Part shown: positions 43,165-44,717 of the stretch, piece after piece
Layout of the letters: each line of letters begins with the position of its first letter
Numbering within the stretch: the stretch's first letter is position 1
NCBI GenBank assembly: GCA_036609835.1
Contig: GCA_036609835.1_4358.1
Source of the DNA: a phage
Length of the DNA stretch: 44,717 bases
Strand: one strand, 5' to 3'
Program-made: the position numbers and the translations under genes
Notes under the pieces: model-generated
What the model was told of the DNA's origin: nothing
The model's database searches: none
What the model saw: only the letters and a program-made list of their open reading frames with translations

Positions 43165-44717
43165 AGCCAACGACATTCGGGAGTTAGCGAAAGCTAAAGC
43201 CTGAGCCTGCGTCGTAAACTCAGCGATGAAGAAGTCACTAAATCTGATAACAGCACCTGAACCTCCCCCAGTAGAGACGTACAGACCTACAGTACCGTTA
43301 GCGGAAGCTTTACCCACCCCAAATGTGCTAATCCACTCACCAGACTTAGTATAAACGCTACCCATAGTAATACCTGACGTTATACTCACATCTGCTGTTC
43401 CTGATTGGAGGCGAGAGTTGACGCCCCACACGTACCATCTACCGGATGTAAGTGTCGTTCTTGACGCTACCATTTCATATAAACCGGACCCAGGGAATGA
43501 AAATTCGGTACATGTAGCGGCGTGAAGTCCGTCAGATACAGTCGAACCGTTAACGGTACCGCTACCAGAAAAATTATGGCTACCTGAGTCAAATGTGATA
43601 GCTTTTAACTTATTCCCCGTCGGCGTATTAAACACTCGTCCCCTTGTTAAATTTCCTCGTAGAGACAAGTTTGTAGTGGCTACCGTTGCGGATTGCGACG
43701 CGACAGACTCTACAATAACGTCCTTTCCAGAACTGCCGTTTAAATACACATCGTGGGCTACAATGGTGCTTTGTGCATCCACTACAATATCCTGATTACC
43801 ATCAGCGTTGTCAAAACGGCAACCATAAGTTACTAAGTTGGAGTTGGATAGCTCGATGTTGTTGAGATAAGAATACTCAGCAAAGAATATCGCGGTGTCT
43901 ACCAACTTGAGAACTCGCGGTTTTTGCGCCACGCCATCTACCTGAACAGCCGATGATGTTGCAATAGCTTCCATCCATACATTGGATACCCCGCATGGAG
44001 ATGTAGGGCAGTCACCCGATTTGCTTTTTAAGTATATCCCGCCGCCTCCGGAAGCCTCAATAATGGAGTCTTTAAGCCACCATCCGCCTATCCCACCGTT
44101 ATCGACAGTACCGTTTAGGTAGACGGCATAGGTGGAGATGCCGTCGAAGTGGATATTGTAGAGGGTATCGGCCCCGCAATGCATCTCCGAGCCACTAATC
44201 GCGTAATACCCCCAATCACACGTAGATACCCCAATACTTCTCCATGTATTACCGATGTTCCCGGAAGGCTTCTGAATGGCCTTGTTGATGTTGTGGATGT
44301 ATAAATCACTAAAATTATGACGTCCGGAATATTGGTCTGACGGGTCAAAACTAATACCTACGGCCCCAGTTGTACCTGTACCATCTACGGCAAAACCACC
44401 GCTGTGTCGAAACTGCCAGTGCGGGGTGGATAAATTAACCTGTACAGTATTTGCATAGTTTGCCGATGGTTTTAATATTGCAGCACCACCTACACCTTTT
44501 ATCTGCTTACTACCCAGAGTGATTGCTTCTGTATACTCACCCGGAGAAACAATTAAGTCGTTTTTAGTTAACGACGCATCTACCGCGGCTTGAAGGGTAG
44601 AAAAGTCGCCAGAATGCTTAATATCATTGTTACGTGCAAGCAAACTCCTTTCGCCACTGCCTATGTTCTCGGCACCGTCCGCGTCAGATAATGTTTCAAC
44701 GGTGTTACCGTTGGAAA
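43162..44717 (-). CDS. Tailspike / receptor-binding protein, C-terminal part (5' end continues across the window junction to ATG 557)
   Basis: ORF 43162..44643 is open upstream to the window end and in phase with 1..557; Gly/Ser/Thr/Asn-rich repetitive sequence consistent with a beta-helix domain. Confidence 0.7.
   Translation of the reverse strand, partial: SNGNTVETLSDADGAENIGSGERSLLARNNDIKHSGDFSTLQAAVDASLTKNDLIVSPGEYTEAITLGSKQIKGVGGAAILKPSANYANTVQVNLSTPHWQFRHSGGFAVDGTGTTGAVGISFDPSDQYSGRHNFSDLYIHNINKAIQKPSGNIGNTWRSIGVSTCDWGYYAISGSEMHCGADTLYNIHFDGISTYAVYLNGTVDNGGIGGWWLKDSIIEASGGGGIYLKSKSGDCPTSPCGVSNVWMEAIATSSAVQVDGVAQKPRVLKLVDTAIFFAEYSYLNNIELSNSNLVTYGCRFDNADGNQDIVVDAQSTIVAHDVYLNGSSGKDVIVESVASQSATVATTNLSLRGNLTRGRVFNTPTGNKLKAITFDSGSHNFSGSGTVNGSTVSDGLHAATCTEFSFPGSGLYEMVASRTTLTSGRWYVWGVNSRLQSGTADVSITSGITMGSVYTKSGEWISTFGVGKASANGTVGLYVSTGGGSGAVIRFSDFFIAEFTTQAQALAFANSRMSLA
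44591..44717. repeat. Right copy of the 127-bp terminal duplication
   Basis: Identical to 1..127. Confidence 0.9.

Noticed and set aside
1-44717. Integrase/excisionase, tRNA genes and CRISPR arrays
   Set aside because: No tyrosine- or serine-recombinase-like ORF, no tRNA-like T-arm or anticodon-arm structure and no regularly spaced direct repeats were seen by eye; a tRNAscan or HMM search would be needed to exclude them formally.

Overview
This window looks like a complete, circularly closed genome of a tailed dsDNA phage (unique length 44590 bp; positions 1-127 repeat exactly at 44591-44717). All calls below come from reading the sequence and the ORF track by eye; no database search was run. 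Sigma70-like promoters, AGGAG-type ribosome-binding sites and enteric-like codon usage suggest an Enterobacterales host. The gene content tentatively resembles Jersey-like (Guernseyvirinae) siphoviruses, but that is unverified. Layout: (i) a leftward (minus-strand) late cluster from 24.1 kb down to 0.5 kb encoding small and large terminase, portal, Mu-F-like head protein, scaffold, major capsid, connector proteins, major tail protein, G/T-like chaperones, tape measure, minor tail proteins and a tailspike whose gene crosses the linearisation point. (ii) A leftward early/middle region (29.8-24.1 kb) of about 20 small, translationally coupled ORFs with an embedded holin/endolysin cassette. (iii) A rightward replication module (30.2-43.0 kb) with an AlpA-like HTH protein, primase-helicase, Cro/CI-like regulator, DUF2800-like nuclease, DUF2815-like SSB, family A DNA polymerase, VRR-NUC nuclease, C5-cytosine methyltransferase, SNF2 helicase and HNH-AP2 endonuclease. 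Three plus-strand inserts (morons) sit inside the late cluster, each with its own promoter and flanking hairpin terminators. The most notable is at 8.6-11.1 kb: a superinfection-immunity-like membrane protein followed by an HTH-metallophosphoesterase, a T4 Pnkp-like HAD phosphatase and a T4 gp1-like dNMP kinase. Other points of interest are a family of near-identical promoters carrying an AATAG-N4-CTATT palindrome, an Rz/Rz1 spanin pair located about 9 kb from the holin/endolysin genes, and a methyltransferase gene whose conserved motifs are split between two reading frames. No integrase, tRNA gene or CRISPR array was seen.
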